From the sequence record MN434092.1: DNA of 24,000 nt; one strand, 5' to 3'. Source of the stretch: Klebsiella phage AmPh_EK29. The translations under genes and the position numbers were made by a program. The notes below the pieces were generated by a model that was given only the letters and a program-made list of their open reading frames with translations, had not been told where the DNA came from and made no database searches. Positions 23,620-24,000 of this stretch are shown here, one piece after another. Position 1 is the first letter of the stretch. Every line of letters begins with the position of its first letter.

Positions 23620-24000
23620 TTAGTATGTGCCAAAATCTATTGTTACTCCGCGCGAAATAACCTGATCTAATCTAGGAGCATATTCACCGGATGTCGCTTT
23701 ATTTACTATAACTACGCCAGCTTCAGCTCTAAGTACGCCAGTCATAGTATCACCAGATTTCAAAACCCGGCTGTTTGCATTAGTAGTAACAGTATTTATT
23801 CGCCCGTCAACATAGTCTTTACGCGTTAAATGTTGAGCAGCTGTAGGAGCATTATTAGAACTAAGAATAGAAGCTGTTATACTTCCTTTGTTTATTTGAT
23901 CCCCGGTTCTAGCGTTCCAAACTACTGTCCGTTCTTTATTATCTAGTGAAGTACGAATACCGACACCGTACCATGAAACAATGTCAATGTTCGCTGTTGT
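23620..24000 (-). CDS. 36: small distal tail-fibre subunit gp36, C-terminal part (start beyond window)
   Basis: Manual minus-strand translation: ...TTANIDIVSWYGVGIRTSLDNKERTVVWNARTGDQINKGSITASILSSNNAPTAAQHLTRKDYVDGRINTVTTNANSRVLKSGDTMTGVLRAEAGVVIVIKATSGEYAPRLDQVISRGVTIDFGTY*. Very similar to the T4 gp36 C-terminus. Confidence 0.9.
   Translation of the reverse strand, partial: TTANIDIVSWYGVGIRTSLDNKERTVVWNARTGDQINKGSITASILSSNNAPTAAQHLTRKDYVDGRINTVTTNANSRVLKSGDTMTGVLRAEAGVVIVNKATSGEYAPRLDQVISRGVTIDFGTY

Noticed and set aside
1-24000. CRISPR arrays, tRNAs, introns or retroelement (DGR) signatures
   Set aside because: No regularly spaced repeats, no cloverleaf-like intergenic stretch, and no reverse-transcriptase ORF or template repeat near the fibre gene were seen by reading the sequence; intergenic space is minimal.

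Overview
This window is a T4-like (Tevenvirinae-type) myovirus segment spanning the DNA-metabolism/host-takeover region and the start of the tail-fibre region. The + strand reads, in order: dda (5'-truncated), dexA, a GIY-YIG homing-endonuclease-like gene, several unknown ORFs, an unsplit topoisomerase large subunit (39+60), rIIA, rIIB, a denB-position nuclease candidate, ndd flanked by very small membrane-protein genes, gene 52, a SprT-like metalloprotease, motA, an arn-like acidic protein and asiA. The minus strand carries holin t, a gene-38-position ORF, a large gene-37-like distal tail fibre and the C-terminus of gene 36. Family names rest on recognised protein sequence and motifs plus T4 gene order; no database search was run. 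The main items for follow-up are: (i) an inverted repeat spanning an early promoter and the downstream Shine-Dalgarno at 10993-11024, suggesting translation gated by which transcript is made; (ii) a family of five or six early promoters with a shared TCCT-A discriminator, two of them bracketed by inverted repeats that differ in a pairing-preserving way; (iii) a 58-aa zinc-ribbon ORF with a TTG start hidden between annotated ORFs; (iv) an Arn-like acidic protein beside a 38-aa highly basic peptide; (v) a SprT-like metalloprotease; (vi) a cluster of tiny membrane-protein genes around ndd and 52. No CRISPR array, tRNA or clearly new multi-gene defence or anti-defence system was identified.
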